A DNA stretch of 64,000 nucleotides from Pseudomonadota bacterium (lineage in GTDB: Bacteria; Pseudomonadota; Gammaproteobacteria; Steroidobacterales; MnTg04), in contig JACZVC010000011.1 of NCBI GenBank assembly GCA_022572885.1, forward strand, positions 1,055-65,054, in the 5' to 3' direction. Below the pieces are notes generated by a model. That model saw only the letters and a program-made list of their open reading frames with translations. It had not been told where the DNA came from and searched no databases. The position numbers and the translations under genes are program-made. Shown here one piece after another: positions 17,400 to 26,664 of the stretch (positions are counted from its first letter, which is position 1; every line of letters starts with the position of its first letter).

Positions 17400-18642
17400 T
17401 GCCGGCCATATTTTGCAGCCGGGCCACGCGCACCGGGGCCGGTGGGTGGGAGTCGTAAAAAAGCGAATGCAGGCTGTCGGGGGTCAGTGTCGTCGCGTTA
17501 TCGCGGTACAGTTTGACCAGCGCAACGGCTAGCAGCGAGGCGTCACTTTGCGCCACCGCATAGGCATCCGCCTCGAATTCGTGACGGCGGGACAACCAGC
17601 TGCCCAGCGGTGTAAAGACGAAAGTAAAGACCGGCAAGACGAAAATAAACAGCAACAAGGCTGCAGCAGCAGATGCCTGGGCAACGCCCAGCGCCGAATA
17701 AAACCATGGCTGCAAGGTAAGCCAGCCAAGCAATGCGAGACCAGCGAGACCGATGACCAGGCTGAGCAGCATGCGTTTGCGGACATGGTTCAGGCGAAAA
17801 TGCCCCAGTTCATGGGCGAGCACCGCCTCGACCTCGGCTGGCTCGAGCCGATCGATCAGCGTGTCGAAGAACACGATGCGTTTGTTGTTGCCCAGACCGG
17901 TGAAGTAGGCATTGCCGTGACTGGAACGACGCGAGCCGTCCATGACGAATATGCCCTTGCTGCGAAACCCGCAGCGGATCATCAGTTGTTCGATGCGTTG
18001 TTTGAGCTGTTCGTCCGCCAGTGGCGTGAACTTATTGAAAATCGGCGCGATAAAGGTCGGGTAGGCCCAGGTCAGCAGCAGCGTGAAAGAAGTCCAGACG
18101 ACCCACGCATACAGCCACCACTGCGAACCCGCCTGTTCCATCAGCCATAATATGGCCGCGATCAGCGGGCCGCCCAGCAGCAGCATCAGCAGCCAGCCCT
18201 TGACCAGGTCGCCAAGGAAGGTGCCAGGCGTGGTGCGGTTAAAGCCAAACCGGGCCTCTATGACAAAGGTCGAATAGGCGGACAACGGCAGGCCCAGCAG
18301 GCTGACGATAAAAAAGACGCTGACGCTGGCAGCCGTGCCCGAAACCACCGCGTTCAGGCCGAGACCGCCCCAGAAACCCAGCACCAGGCTCAGACCGCCG
18401 GCGAGGGTCCACCCCAGCAGCACCAGCGTATCGACGACGGTATCCAGCATCCCCAGGCGCACCCGGGCCGCTGAATAATCCGCAGCTTTCTGGTGGTCTT
18501 CAAGCCTAATGTTTTCGGCAAAAGGTTTCGGCACCTCGTCCCGGTGTTCGCGGACGCTGTCGATCTGCCGTTGCGCGAGATACAGCCGGAGAATCGTCAC
18601 CAGTGCAAGGAAAAACAGGAACAAGCCGGTAAACCAGTGCAT
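17392..18642 (-). CDS. M48 family (Ste24/HtpX-like) zinc metallopeptidase
   Basis: 416 aa, multi-TM, HELGHF zinc-binding motif. The stop overlaps the rsgA start by 8 nt. Confidence 0.9.
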   Translation of the reverse strand: MHWFTGLFLFFLALVTILRLYLAQRQIDSVREHRDEVPKPFAENIRLEDHQKAADYSAARVRLGMLDTVVDTLVLLGWTLAGGLSLVLGFWGGLGLNAVVSGTAASVSVFFIVSLLGLPLSAYSTFVIEARFGFNRTTPGTFLGDLVKGWLLMLLLGGPLIAAILWLMEQAGSQWWLYAWVVWTSFTLLLTWAYPTFIAPIFNKFTPLADEQLKQRIEQLMIRCGFRSKGIFVMDGSRRSSHGNAYFTGLGNNKRIVFFDTLIDRLEPAEVEAVLAHELGHFRLNHVRKRMLLSLVIGLAGLALLGWLTLQPWFYSALGVAQASAAAALLLFIFVLPVFTFVFTPLGSWLSRRHEFEADAYAVAQSDASLLAVALVKLYRDNATTLTPDSLHSLFYDSHPPAPVRVARLQNMAGNA

Positions 18643-18725
18643 TTTTGTGTCAGCCCCTTTGATCAGCGCGGCACAGCTTAGCCTTTGCTAGAATTAGCCG
18701 CAAGCTATGGAACAAAGGCAAAAAT

Positions 18726-19295
18726 ATGGCTGTCGACCCACTGAATCTAATCTGGATAGACCTGGAGATGACCGGGTTGATGACAGACTCGGACCGGATC
18801 ATCGAAATTGCGACCGTGGTTACCGACAAGGAATTGAACGTGATTGCGGAAGGACCGGTGTTCGCCATTCACCAGGATGACCAGCGGATGGATGGCATGG
18901 ATGACTGGAACACCCGCCAGCACGGCAAGTCCGGTCTGACCCAGCGGGTGCGCGAAAGCATGGTCAGCGAAGCGAAGGCCGAGCAGGAGACCATCGCGTT
19001 CCTGCAACTACACGCGTTGGCGGGCAAGTCGCCGATGTGCGGCAACAGCATCTGCCAGGACCGGCGGTTTCTCGCGCGCAACATGCCGGAACTCGAAAAA
19101 TTCTTTCATTACCGCAATCTGGATGTCAGCAGCCTGAAAGAGCTGGTGTTGCGCTGGGCGCCGAAAATCCTCGAGAGCGTGGAAAAAGAAGCCAGCCACC
19201 TGGCGCTGGCCGACATTTACGATTCGATCAACGAACTCAAACATTATCGGCAGCATTTCATCGCCAGTGATTTTCATGCGCTGGCCACGGATTGA
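18726..19295 (+). CDS. orn: Oligoribonuclease
   Basis: 189 aa. [11 protein letters not shown] DEDDh exonuclease motif I and [17 protein letters not shown] motif III. Divergent from rsgA, as in E. coli. Confidence 0.96.
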   Translation: MAVDPLNLIWIDLEMTGLMTDSDRIIEIATVVTDKELNVIAEGPVFAIHQDDQRMDGMDDWNTRQHGKSGLTQRVRESMVSEAKAEQETIAFLQLHALAGKSPMCGNSICQDRRFLARNMPELEKFFHYRNLDVSSLKELVLRWAPKILESVEKEASHLALADIYDSINELKHYRQHFIASDFHALATD

Positions 19296-19910
19296 ATGAA
19301 ACCCTACTCGGATTCGTGTGAACGCAACCGGCAGCCGATACTCGATGTGCTGGTTGCGGAATTTTCCGATATCACCAAAGTGCTGGAAATCGGCAGCGGC
19401 ACCGGTCAGCATGCCGCTTTCTTTGCGCCGCGGTTGCGCCAACTGGTCTGGCAGACCAGCGATCTGGCCGAGAATCATGCGGACATCCGGTGCTGGATCG
19501 AAGACGTCGAGGAAATCACCCTGCCGACGCCGCTCGAACTCGATGTGTCGAGCGAACGCTGGCCGGACACGGGCGCCGATGCCGTGTTCAGCGCGAACAC
19601 GGCGCACATCATGCACTGGGACAGGGTCTGCGCAATGGTGGCCGGCGTGGGCAGGCAATTTTCTTCGCTGGATCGCGGCAGGTTCTGCCTGTACGGCCCG
19701 TTCAACGAGAACGGCGAGTTCAGCAGCGCCAGCAACCGGAAATTCGATGCGTGGCTCAAGCAACGCGACCCGTCGATGGGTTTGCGGGATCTTGCCGAGA
19801 TGGCAAGGATCGCCGGCGAAGCGGGGCTCGCTTTGGCCAGGCGCCATCGGATGCCGGCAAACAACCTGCTGCTGGTGTTCGACAAAGTCGAGACGACAGA
19901 TGCCCGATAA
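19296..19910 (+). CDS. DUF938 domain-containing class I SAM-dependent methyltransferase-like protein
   Basis: 204 aa. CERNRQPILDVL and LEIGSGTGQHAAFFAP (glycine-rich SAM motif). The ATG directly abuts the orn stop. Confidence 0.85.
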   Translation: MKPYSDSCERNRQPILDVLVAEFSDITKVLEIGSGTGQHAAFFAPRLRQLVWQTSDLAENHADIRCWIEDVEEITLPTPLELDVSSERWPDTGADAVFSANTAHIMHWDRVCAMVAGVGRQFSSLDRGRFCLYGPFNENGEFSSASNRKFDAWLKQRDPSMGLRDLAEMARIAGEAGLALARRHRMPANNLLLVFDKVETTDAR

Positions 19911-20856
19911 AGGAACCAGACCGGATCTGGCAGCGATCAGACAGGCCGCCGAACGCATTTCAGGCCTGGTACACCGGACGCCGTTGATGCGCTCGCGCAG
20001 CCTCGACCGGATGTTCGATGGCGAGCTGCATTTCAAATGCGAACACTTGCAGCGCGTCGGCGCGTTCAAGGCCAGGGGTGCGGCCAACGCCGTGTTTTCG
20101 CTGAGCGATAAAGAACTCGGCAAGGGTGTGGCGACACACTCCTCGGGCAACCACGGTGCGGCGGTGGCGCTTGCTGCGAGCACCAAAAACGCTCGGGCCT
20201 GGGTGGTCATGCCCGAAGACGCACCGGCCGTCAAAAAATGCGCCGTCGAAAGCTATGGGGGAAAAATCGTCAGTTGCAAGCCGGGACTTGGCAATCGTGA
20301 AGCTGCTTTGCAAAGGCTGGTCGACGAAAAGGGCGTTCATGTCATCCATCCCTATAACGACTACCGGGTCATTGCCGGTCAGGGAACAGTCGCGCTCGAG
20401 ATCATGGAACAACAAGAAGATATCGATTTGCTGATGGTGCCGGTGGGTGGTGGCGGCCTGTTGAGTGGCAGTCTGTTGGCAATCAAGGAACTGCGGCCGC
20501 AGGTTCAGGTTATTGGCATCGAGCCTGCACGGGCGGATGATGCGAGGCAAGCGCTCGATAGTGGCGAGCTAGTGATAATCGATTCTCCGGATACGATCGC
20601 CGATGGCCTGCGTGCCTCACTGGGTGACAAGACCTTTCCAATCATCGCCGAGCTGGTCGATGACATCGTAACGGTGTCCGAGGATGCGATTATCGAGGCG
20701 ACGAGATTGGTATGGGAGCGCATGAAGCAGCTCATCGAACCATCGGCGGCGGTGCCGGTGGCGGCGTTGCTCGAAGGGCGAATCGAATTGCAAGGGCGTC
20801 GTGCCGCCGTGGTTTTTACCGGGGGCAATCTCGATCTGGATCGTTTGCCCTGGTAG
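19900..20856 (+). CDS. PLP-dependent threonine/serine dehydratase family protein (serine racemase-like)
   Basis: 318 aa from the internal ATG. PLP-lysine motif GAFKARGA, HSSGNHG, GGGGL loop. The upstream 194 codons of the ORF-track call lie in another frame over the DUF938 gene. Confidence 0.9.
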   Translation: MPDKGTRPDLAAIRQAAERISGLVHRTPLMRSRSLDRMFDGELHFKCEHLQRVGAFKARGAANAVFSLSDKELGKGVATHSSGNHGAAVALAASTKNARAWVVMPEDAPAVKKCAVESYGGKIVSCKPGLGNREAALQRLVDEKGVHVIHPYNDYRVIAGQGTVALEIMEQQEDIDLLMVPVGGGGLLSGSLLAIKELRPQVQVIGIEPARADDARQALDSGELVIIDSPDTIADGLRASLGDKTFPIIAELVDDIVTVSEDAIIEATRLVWERMKQLIEPSAAVPVAALLEGRIELQGRRAAVVFTGGNLDLDRLPW

Positions 20857-20860
20857 CAAG

Positions 20861-20900
20861 ATTTTTGACGCAAGTCAGTTCTTGGCGTAAGCGGAAATTA
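20861..20900 (+). repeat. Hairpin repeat family, degenerate copy with a conserved upstream flank
   Basis: GATTTTTGACgcaAGTCAGTTCTTGGCGTAAGCGGAAatta, compared with copy 3 GATTTTTGACAGTCCGCTTTCGGCCACAAGCGGTCgttca. Confidence 0.55.
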
Positions 20901-20930
20901 GAAGGCCAAGAGTCACTAATGGTTTAGAAA

Positions 20931-20955
20931 AGCCGCTTTACTACCCAAAGCCGAT
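20931..20955 (-). repeat. Hairpin repeat family, inverted copy
   Basis: The reverse complement ATCGGCTTTGGGTAGTAAAGCGGCT matches copy 4 GTCCGCTTTGGGTCATAAGCGAC. Confidence 0.55.
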
Positions 20956-21094
20956 ATTCCCTTCCGCGTGACTAAGGCTAATTGACCTGATTTTCAGGCG
21001 ATTTGACCAATCTTAAACTATGCTTTGCTTAATAGGGCTTCTCAAATCGTTATGAAGAGACTTTTTTTAATGCGGTAAGGTAGGGAGGCTACCC

Positions 21095-23458
21095 ATGTCC
21101 AGAACAATCAAATGCTGGAACCTAGTGGTTGTGTACGCACTAAGCATGTTCTTCGGCGTCTTGCCATTTGCTACCGCGCAACCCCAGGAAGCCACACTGT
21201 CCTCGGACAGTGATGATGAATTGGTCATCGAAGAGATCGTCGTTACGGCGCAAAAAAGAGAACAAAACTTGAACGACGTGGGCATCACTGTGCATGTCTT
21301 TTCCGCACAGGACATCAAAGACAACAGAATCCTTGTTAGCCAGGATATCGCCGCAAATACATCTAACCTGACAGTTGTCAATCAATTTGGAACGTCTCTA
21401 CCGCTCTATTACATGAGAGGTGTGGGCCTGAACGACTTCAGTTCGAACAACACGAGTACTGTCGGAATTTATGTTGATGGTGTTTTTCAAACGTCGCCCG
21501 CAATGCACGGTTTCCAGCTATTTGATCTCGAACGAGTCGAGGTGCTGAAAGGGCCGCAGGGAACCCTTTACGGTAGAAACACGACTGGCGGAGCCATAAA
21601 TTTCATTGCTGCCAAGCCAACAGATACACCGAATGGTTATTTGAAAGTTGACTTTGGGACTTACCAGGAGGGAAGGGTGGAAGCGGCATATGGGAACGCA
21701 ATATCCGAAAATCTCACAGGACGGGTAGCATTCTCGTATGAATTTGGCGACGGTTATGTCAAAAATAGAGTGACCGGCAATGATTTGCAGGCTCGCAATA
21801 AAGGTGTGGCGAGAGTATTGCTGGAATGGACGCCGACCGACCAAACGAGCGTCTTATTCAATGTTCACGGTGGAGTGGATCGTTCCGATGCGGGTGTCTA
21901 CCATCAACAGGGGCTCCTGGATCCCGCCGGGTTAGCCCCGCTACCGCCGATTTTGTTGCCCCAGTGCGGGCCATTGGTGGCCGGCGAGAGCTTCGATTTC
22001 AGAGCTACGCCAGGGCAGTGTGTTGACCCTTTTGGGTATTTCGATGCTGACAACGACCTGTATGCGGGTGCATTCGACTTTGAGCCTGTTCAGGAAGACG
22101 ATTTCATTGGCGCTTCGGTTACGGTCGACTGGGGTATCAATGATAACTACGATTTTGTCTCTATATCCGCGTTCGAGTCTTATGATCGGTATGCTGACGG
22201 CGATCTGGATTCATCACCGCTACCAATCCTTCACACGAGTTTTACAGATTCAGTCAAACAATTTACTCAAGAGTTCAGACTGAATTACAACGGCGACCGA
22301 TCGCACTGGGTAACCGGCCTGTATTATTCGCACGATAGGATCGAGTCCACTAACCAGGACGTTTGTCTGGATGACAATCCTGGAGCCGTGTTTCCTATTT
22401 TTTGTGTGGCTGGAGATTTTCGGCAGGATCTGCAGCAAACAACGAATATCACTGCTCTTTTCCTTCACACTGAATATCTGCTGGGTGACACCTGGAATCT
22501 GACTTTGGGCGGTCGCTATTCATATGAAGACAAAGATTTCAATCTTGAACTTAATGCTCAGGATTTTTTCCTGCTTATATCCGGCGGTGCATTCGCGGGA
22601 CCAGTGCTGAGTCCAGTCGACAATGCATCATTCAACAGCTTTTCCTGGAAAATCGGTCTCGACAAAAAAGTCTCGGAGGACGTTTTGCTGTACGGACTCG
22701 TCAGCAAAGGATTCAAGACGGGCGGATTCTCCGGCGCTTTCTCATTCGGAGGACCTGACCAGCTCTTGCCTTTTGGCGATGAATCGATTCTTGCTTACGA
22801 AATCGGTTTCAAATCAACCAGCCTGGACAATAGGTTGAGCTTCAACGGTGCTGCGTTTTATTACGATTACCAGGATATACAGTTGTTTGCCTTTTTTACG
22901 TCCGCGGCAGGTGCATCAATTCAGGTGTTAAGCAATGCTGGAAACGCGGATATCCTGGGGGTGGAAGCGGAAATCGTATATCTGCCGACAGATGCGTTGG
23001 CGTTGTCCGCAAATGTTGGGTGGCTGGATCATGAACTGAAAGACTTTCAAGTTGACCCCACGCAGCCACCGGTACCGGGCATTCCTGGTCCGGCCGATGC
23101 GAATGGCAATAAGCTGGCAAACACGCCGGATGTCAATTTTACCGGCGCGGTGAAATACGAATGGAATCTCGATAAAGGAAACATCGCATTGCGCGCCAAT
23201 TTCCAATATCAGTCCGGCATATTTTTGGAAACGTTCAACCAACCATTTCTATCAGAAGATGGATATTGGTTGGTCGATGCAAGCCTGACTTATACCTTGG
23301 GAGATGGGACATACGAATTCGGCATTTGGGGTCAAAACCTGTTCGAAGAGGAGCGAATGGTGTTCGGAATCCCGTTTCAATTTTCGGGTTTCAACTCCAT
23401 TGGGGCTAACCAGCCGAGACGCTACGGAGTCAGTGTTCGTTACAACTTTGGAAAATGA
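21095..23458 (+). CDS. TonB-dependent outer-membrane receptor
   Basis: 787 aa. Signal peptide ending FATAQ, TonB-box/plug region DELVIEEIVVTAQKR, RVEVLKGPQGTLYGRNTTGGAINF, and a barrel ending RRYGVSVRYNFGK. Confidence 0.93.
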   Translation: MSRTIKCWNLVVVYALSMFFGVLPFATAQPQEATLSSDSDDELVIEEIVVTAQKREQNLNDVGITVHVFSAQDIKDNRILVSQDIAANTSNLTVVNQFGTSLPLYYMRGVGLNDFSSNNTSTVGIYVDGVFQTSPAMHGFQLFDLERVEVLKGPQGTLYGRNTTGGAINFIAAKPTDTPNGYLKVDFGTYQEGRVEAAYGNAISENLTGRVAFSYEFGDGYVKNRVTGNDLQARNKGVARVLLEWTPTDQTSVLFNVHGGVDRSDAGVYHQQGLLDPAGLAPLPPILLPQCGPLVAGESFDFRATPGQCVDPFGYFDADNDLYAGAFDFEPVQEDDFIGASVTVDWGINDNYDFVSISAFESYDRYADGDLDSSPLPILHTSFTDSVKQFTQEFRLNYNGDRSHWVTGLYYSHDRIESTNQDVCLDDNPGAVFPIFCVAGDFRQDLQQTTNITALFLHTEYLLGDTWNLTLGGRYSYEDKDFNLELNAQDFFLLISGGAFAGPVLSPVDNASFNSFSWKIGLDKKVSEDVLLYGLVSKGFKTGGFSGAFSFGGPDQLLPFGDESILAYEIGFKSTSLDNRLSFNGAAFYYDYQDIQLFAFFTSAAGASIQVLSNAGNADILGVEAEIVYLPTDALALSANVGWLDHELKDFQVDPTQPPVPGIPGPADANGNKLANTPDVNFTGAVKYEWNLDKGNIALRANFQYQSGIFLETFNQPFLSEDGYWLVDASLTYTLGDGTYEFGIWGQNLFEEERMVFGIPFQFSGFNSIGANQPRRYGVSVRYNFGK

Positions 23459-25229
23459 CTTGGTTGATAGAGTGATTGCAGGTGTTAGCGGGCACTGTAA
23501 CGACGAGCTCGCTCTCCGGGTAGTTCATGCGCCGCAGCAGGTCCTGGAAGCGAGGGTCGGAGCGCAGCGGGTCGAACCAGGGCGCTACCTGTAGAAACAC
23601 CATCCACGCATTGCGGTCTTGGTAAGCCCTTTCTAGCCACTCTAATGCTTCGTCATTTTCACCCAAGCCGATGTGGATGACCGCAAAGGCGAACGGTAGG
23701 ACATAGCGTTTTTTGGCTAGACCATGTAAGTCATCGAGAATTTTCCGCGCTTCCGCAGTTTTTCCGGCCACCGCATACGCGTGTCCCAGCATCCAGTAAT
23801 GTTCAATGAAGCCAGGGGAAAGCGTCACCGCTCGTTCCATTTCACCGATTGCTTCTGTGAACATGCCCTTTTGTACATAATTCCTACCGAGTCGTGAAAG
23901 TGCTTGAGGCTCGTTGGGGCTTAGATCGAGCGTCTCATGCAGTTGAGTAATGGCCTGGTCATATTGGTTTGAAAGCCAGAATATGTCGGCCGCAGTCATG
24001 TATGCCAGAATCGCAAGCGGGTCGAGTTTGAGCGCACGTCTTATGCTCGTGTGAGCTTCCTCCGTGCGGCCCATGGCCGCCAGGAACCAAGCGTAAAATT
24101 GATAGTTATAGGCATAATTCGAATTCAGTGAAATGGCCTGTTGGAATTCTTCCTCGGCTTTCTGCCAATCCCAATCGAAATAGAAATAGACTTGTGCGTA
24201 TTCCGCATGGGCGCTAGCCAGGTTGCTATCGATTTCCAGTGCTCGCGCCGCTGCGGCCCGCTGCTTTTCAAAGGAAAACCGCGGGGGCATATAACCCCAA
24301 AAACCAAGTGCGCCATAATATGCGGCCAAGCCCAAATGGGGTTGCGCGTACTGTGGGTCGAGTTCGATAGCCTGCTGAAAATAGCGGATGGCTTTTTCCA
24401 GGTCCTCTGGTCCCCACTTGTTCAAGTGGTACTGCCCCAGGAGATAGAGCCGGTAGGCTTCGGGATTGACCTCTCGAACATCAGCCAGACGGGCCTCTTC
24501 TTCCGGAGTCACCGCAATTTGGATTTCGCGGGCGATGGAGCGAGCGACCTCGCTGTGTATTGCCAGCACATCGCTAAGGTCGCGGTCGTAGCTTTCGGCC
24601 CAAAGGTGTACGTCGGTTGCGGCCTCGATCAATTGCACCGTGATCCTGACCTGGTCTCCGATGAGTAGCGCCGAGCCTTCAACTACCGCGTCCACGTTCA
24701 ACTTCCGGGCGATTTCCGGCAAGGACATTTTCGTGCCTTTGAATTGCATGACTGATTGACGGGAGATCACCCGAAGTGCGGCAATCTTGGAGAGCTCTGT
24801 AATCAATGTCTCCGTCATTCCGTCGCCGAAATACTCCTGCCCCGGGTCCCCACTTAGGTTGTCGAATGGTAAAACAGCAATCGAACGAAGATCGATTGAG
24901 GGCACTGCGCCAAAATCGATCCACCGGAATCTGTCCGCCGCGAATAATCCAACGGCCACTATCAGCACGCCGATGATCGCGAAGTCGATCTGACGACCGG
25001 TGTGCTTCAAGATTGAATCGCCCTCGGAAACCACCTCTGTACGCGTTACGCCCTGCGTCGTAAGGTCGTAGACCCAGGCAAGAATCAGTGCGACCGGAAA
25101 TCCAACAGCCAGCGCAACTACGATGGCACGCATCGCCCATGCAGGTGCGGCGAAGGTGTCGAGGAGAATATCGGCGACCTGGATCAGGAGCCATGCAATG
25201 ACGATATAGGCAGCGGCGCTGCGAAACAC
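23430..25229 (-). CDS. Membrane-anchored TolB-N-like/TPR repeat protein, paralogue 2
   Basis: 599 aa from GTG 25229. RSIAVLPFDNLSGDPGQEYFGDGMTE...RITVQLIEAATDVHLWAESYDRDL parallels 9313-11088. The conserved motif continues in frame upstream of the GTG (see findings). Confidence 0.85.
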   Translation of the reverse strand: MFRSAAAYIVIAWLLIQVADILLDTFAAPAWAMRAIVVALAVGFPVALILAWVYDLTTQGVTRTEVVSEGDSILKHTGRQIDFAIIGVLIVAVGLFAADRFRWIDFGAVPSIDLRSIAVLPFDNLSGDPGQEYFGDGMTETLITELSKIAALRVISRQSVMQFKGTKMSLPEIARKLNVDAVVEGSALLIGDQVRITVQLIEAATDVHLWAESYDRDLSDVLAIHSEVARSIAREIQIAVTPEEEARLADVREVNPEAYRLYLLGQYHLNKWGPEDLEKAIRYFQQAIELDPQYAQPHLGLAAYYGALGFWGYMPPRFSFEKQRAAAARALEIDSNLASAHAEYAQVYFYFDWDWQKAEEEFQQAISLNSNYAYNYQFYAWFLAAMGRTEEAHTSIRRALKLDPLAILAYMTAADIFWLSNQYDQAITQLHETLDLSPNEPQALSRLGRNYVQKGMFTEAIGEMERAVTLSPGFIEHYWMLGHAYAVAGKTAEARKILDDLHGLAKKRYVLPFAFAVIHIGLGENDEALEWLERAYQDRNAWMVFLQVAPWFDPLRSDPRFQDLLRRMNYPESELVVTVPANTCNHSINQVIFQSCNEH

Positions 25230-25545
25230 GTTGCGCCGGTGTAGCTCGTTGACGAATTTCGAGATACTGGCTATAACAAGCTCCCCCTGTTGATAATTAA
25301 TAGTATCGTAGTTAGTCGTCGAATTCAGAGTCCGGGGCGCTTGAGAACCGCAACGTACGCTTTTCTAATCGGGCGCAAAAGGTTCCGCTGTTCTATGACA
25401 TTGTATTGGTCGCGTCCTGGCGTGGTCCAGGTTTCTCTTCGCAGGTTGAAAGGGCGCCGCGCTGGGCTTTACCGGGAGTAATCTCGATCGTCTGCCGTGT
25501 CACTAATTTGTAGGCAACGATTGTGCCCCTTGAACAAACAGCTAA

Positions 25546-26652
25546 TCAGTTGGCGGTCGAAGCCGTGTTGCCCGTTTCCGCATCGGTATTCAAGACCATG
25601 ACCCGCTGACCTGGCCGCAGCCTTTCCGCGCCCCGCACGACGATGGTGTCACCGGCCTTGAGATCGCCGGATACTTCGATCAGGTCGCCATCGCCGCTGC
25701 CGGCCAGGATCGAAACCCGTTCGACGAGTTGATCCTTGCCGACCCGAAACACGCTGGCGCCATTGCGCCGCAGGACCAGCGCATCCCTGGGCACGGCCAG
25801 CACTTTCCTCGCCTCGGCCGTGGGTACCGCGATCCGCACGCTTTCACCGACCACCCAGTTGGCCGGGTCGACATTGAGCCGCATTTCGAACATGTGGGAA
25901 CTGGGGTTGCCAAAGGGCACGATGGTTCGTACCGTGCTTTCCTCGCTGCGTTGCGCGCTCGAAACCTGTACAACGGCGCCTTTTTTGAGAAAGGCCGCCG
26001 ATCGCAAGGGCGCGCGCGCGACGATTTCGATGGCTGACGGATCCACCAGCCGGACCACTTCGCTACCGGTGTTTACCATTTCACCAATATTGCTCATGCG
26101 TTCCGTCACGGTACCGGCAAATGGTGCGCGAATCGTGGTTTTCGCCAGTTGATCGCTGACCAGCGCGAGCCGTGCTTTCGCGACCCGGGTGTCGGCGCGT
26201 GCCACCTGCAGATCGGATTTGGTCTGGTCCAGGCGGCTGACGGCGGCGTTGTTTTCCGCACGGAGTTTTTTTAGCCTTTCGACTTCCGGCTCCAGGTAGG
26301 TCAGACGCGCGCGCTGGCGATCGACCTGACCGGCGAACTCGCTTTGTTGCAGACGAAAACGGGTATCGTCCAGACGTGCGACGGGATCCCCTTCGGCAAC
26401 GACGGTCCCGACCTCCGCGATCCAGGTAATGCGCCCGGTCACTTCCGCTGCAATTTTCGAATCGTTGCGGCTGATCACGGTGCCGGGCACATCGATTGTC
26501 GGCGCCAGCATCACCTGTTGCGCACGAACCACGACCACCGGCGCCGGACCTTGCTGGGCGTTCCCGATACCGGCAATGAGCATCAGCGCCATGCCTGCGA
26601 GCGGTCGCCAGCACGATGAAAAAGAATTAGATTGTTCTTGAAATATCAACAT
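25546..26652 (-). CDS. Efflux RND transporter periplasmic adaptor subunit (MFP)
   Basis: 368 aa. Biotinyl-lipoyl-like hairpin G.V.EGDPVARLDD, a coiled-coil segment, and IRAPFAGTVTER. Confidence 0.9.
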   Translation of the reverse strand: MLIFQEQSNSFSSCWRPLAGMALMLIAGIGNAQQGPAPVVVVRAQQVMLAPTIDVPGTVISRNDSKIAAEVTGRITWIAEVGTVVAEGDPVARLDDTRFRLQQSEFAGQVDRQRARLTYLEPEVERLKKLRAENNAAVSRLDQTKSDLQVARADTRVAKARLALVSDQLAKTTIRAPFAGTVTERMSNIGEMVNTGSEVVRLVDPSAIEIVARAPLRSAAFLKKGAVVQVSSAQRSEESTVRTIVPFGNPSSHMFEMRLNVDPANWVVGESVRIAVPTAEARKVLAVPRDALVLRRNGASVFRVGKDQLVERVSILAGSGDGDLIEVSGDLKAGDTIVVRGAERLRPGQRVMVLNTDAETGNTASTAN

Positions 26653-26664
26653 TAACCAATTGAA

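Noticed and set aside
19318-19899. N-terminal 194 codons of the 512-aa ORF-track call for the dehydratase
   Set aside because: This part lies in an alternative frame of the DUF938 gene and is Arg/Ala/Cys-rich. Homology-like sequence (RTPLMRSRSL..., GAFKARGA) begins only after the ATG at 19900.
19008-20234. 408-aa minus-strand ORF antisense to orn, DUF938 and the dehydratase
   Set aside because: The argument is the same: a mirror frame of well-supported genes, with no motif and an Ala/Arg/Pro-rich composition.
20857-21094. Fur box or riboswitch in the leader of the TonB-dependent receptor gene
   Set aside because: I saw no GATAATGATAATCATTATC-like 19-mer and no recognisable riboswitch core. 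The only notable elements are the two hairpin-family repeats.
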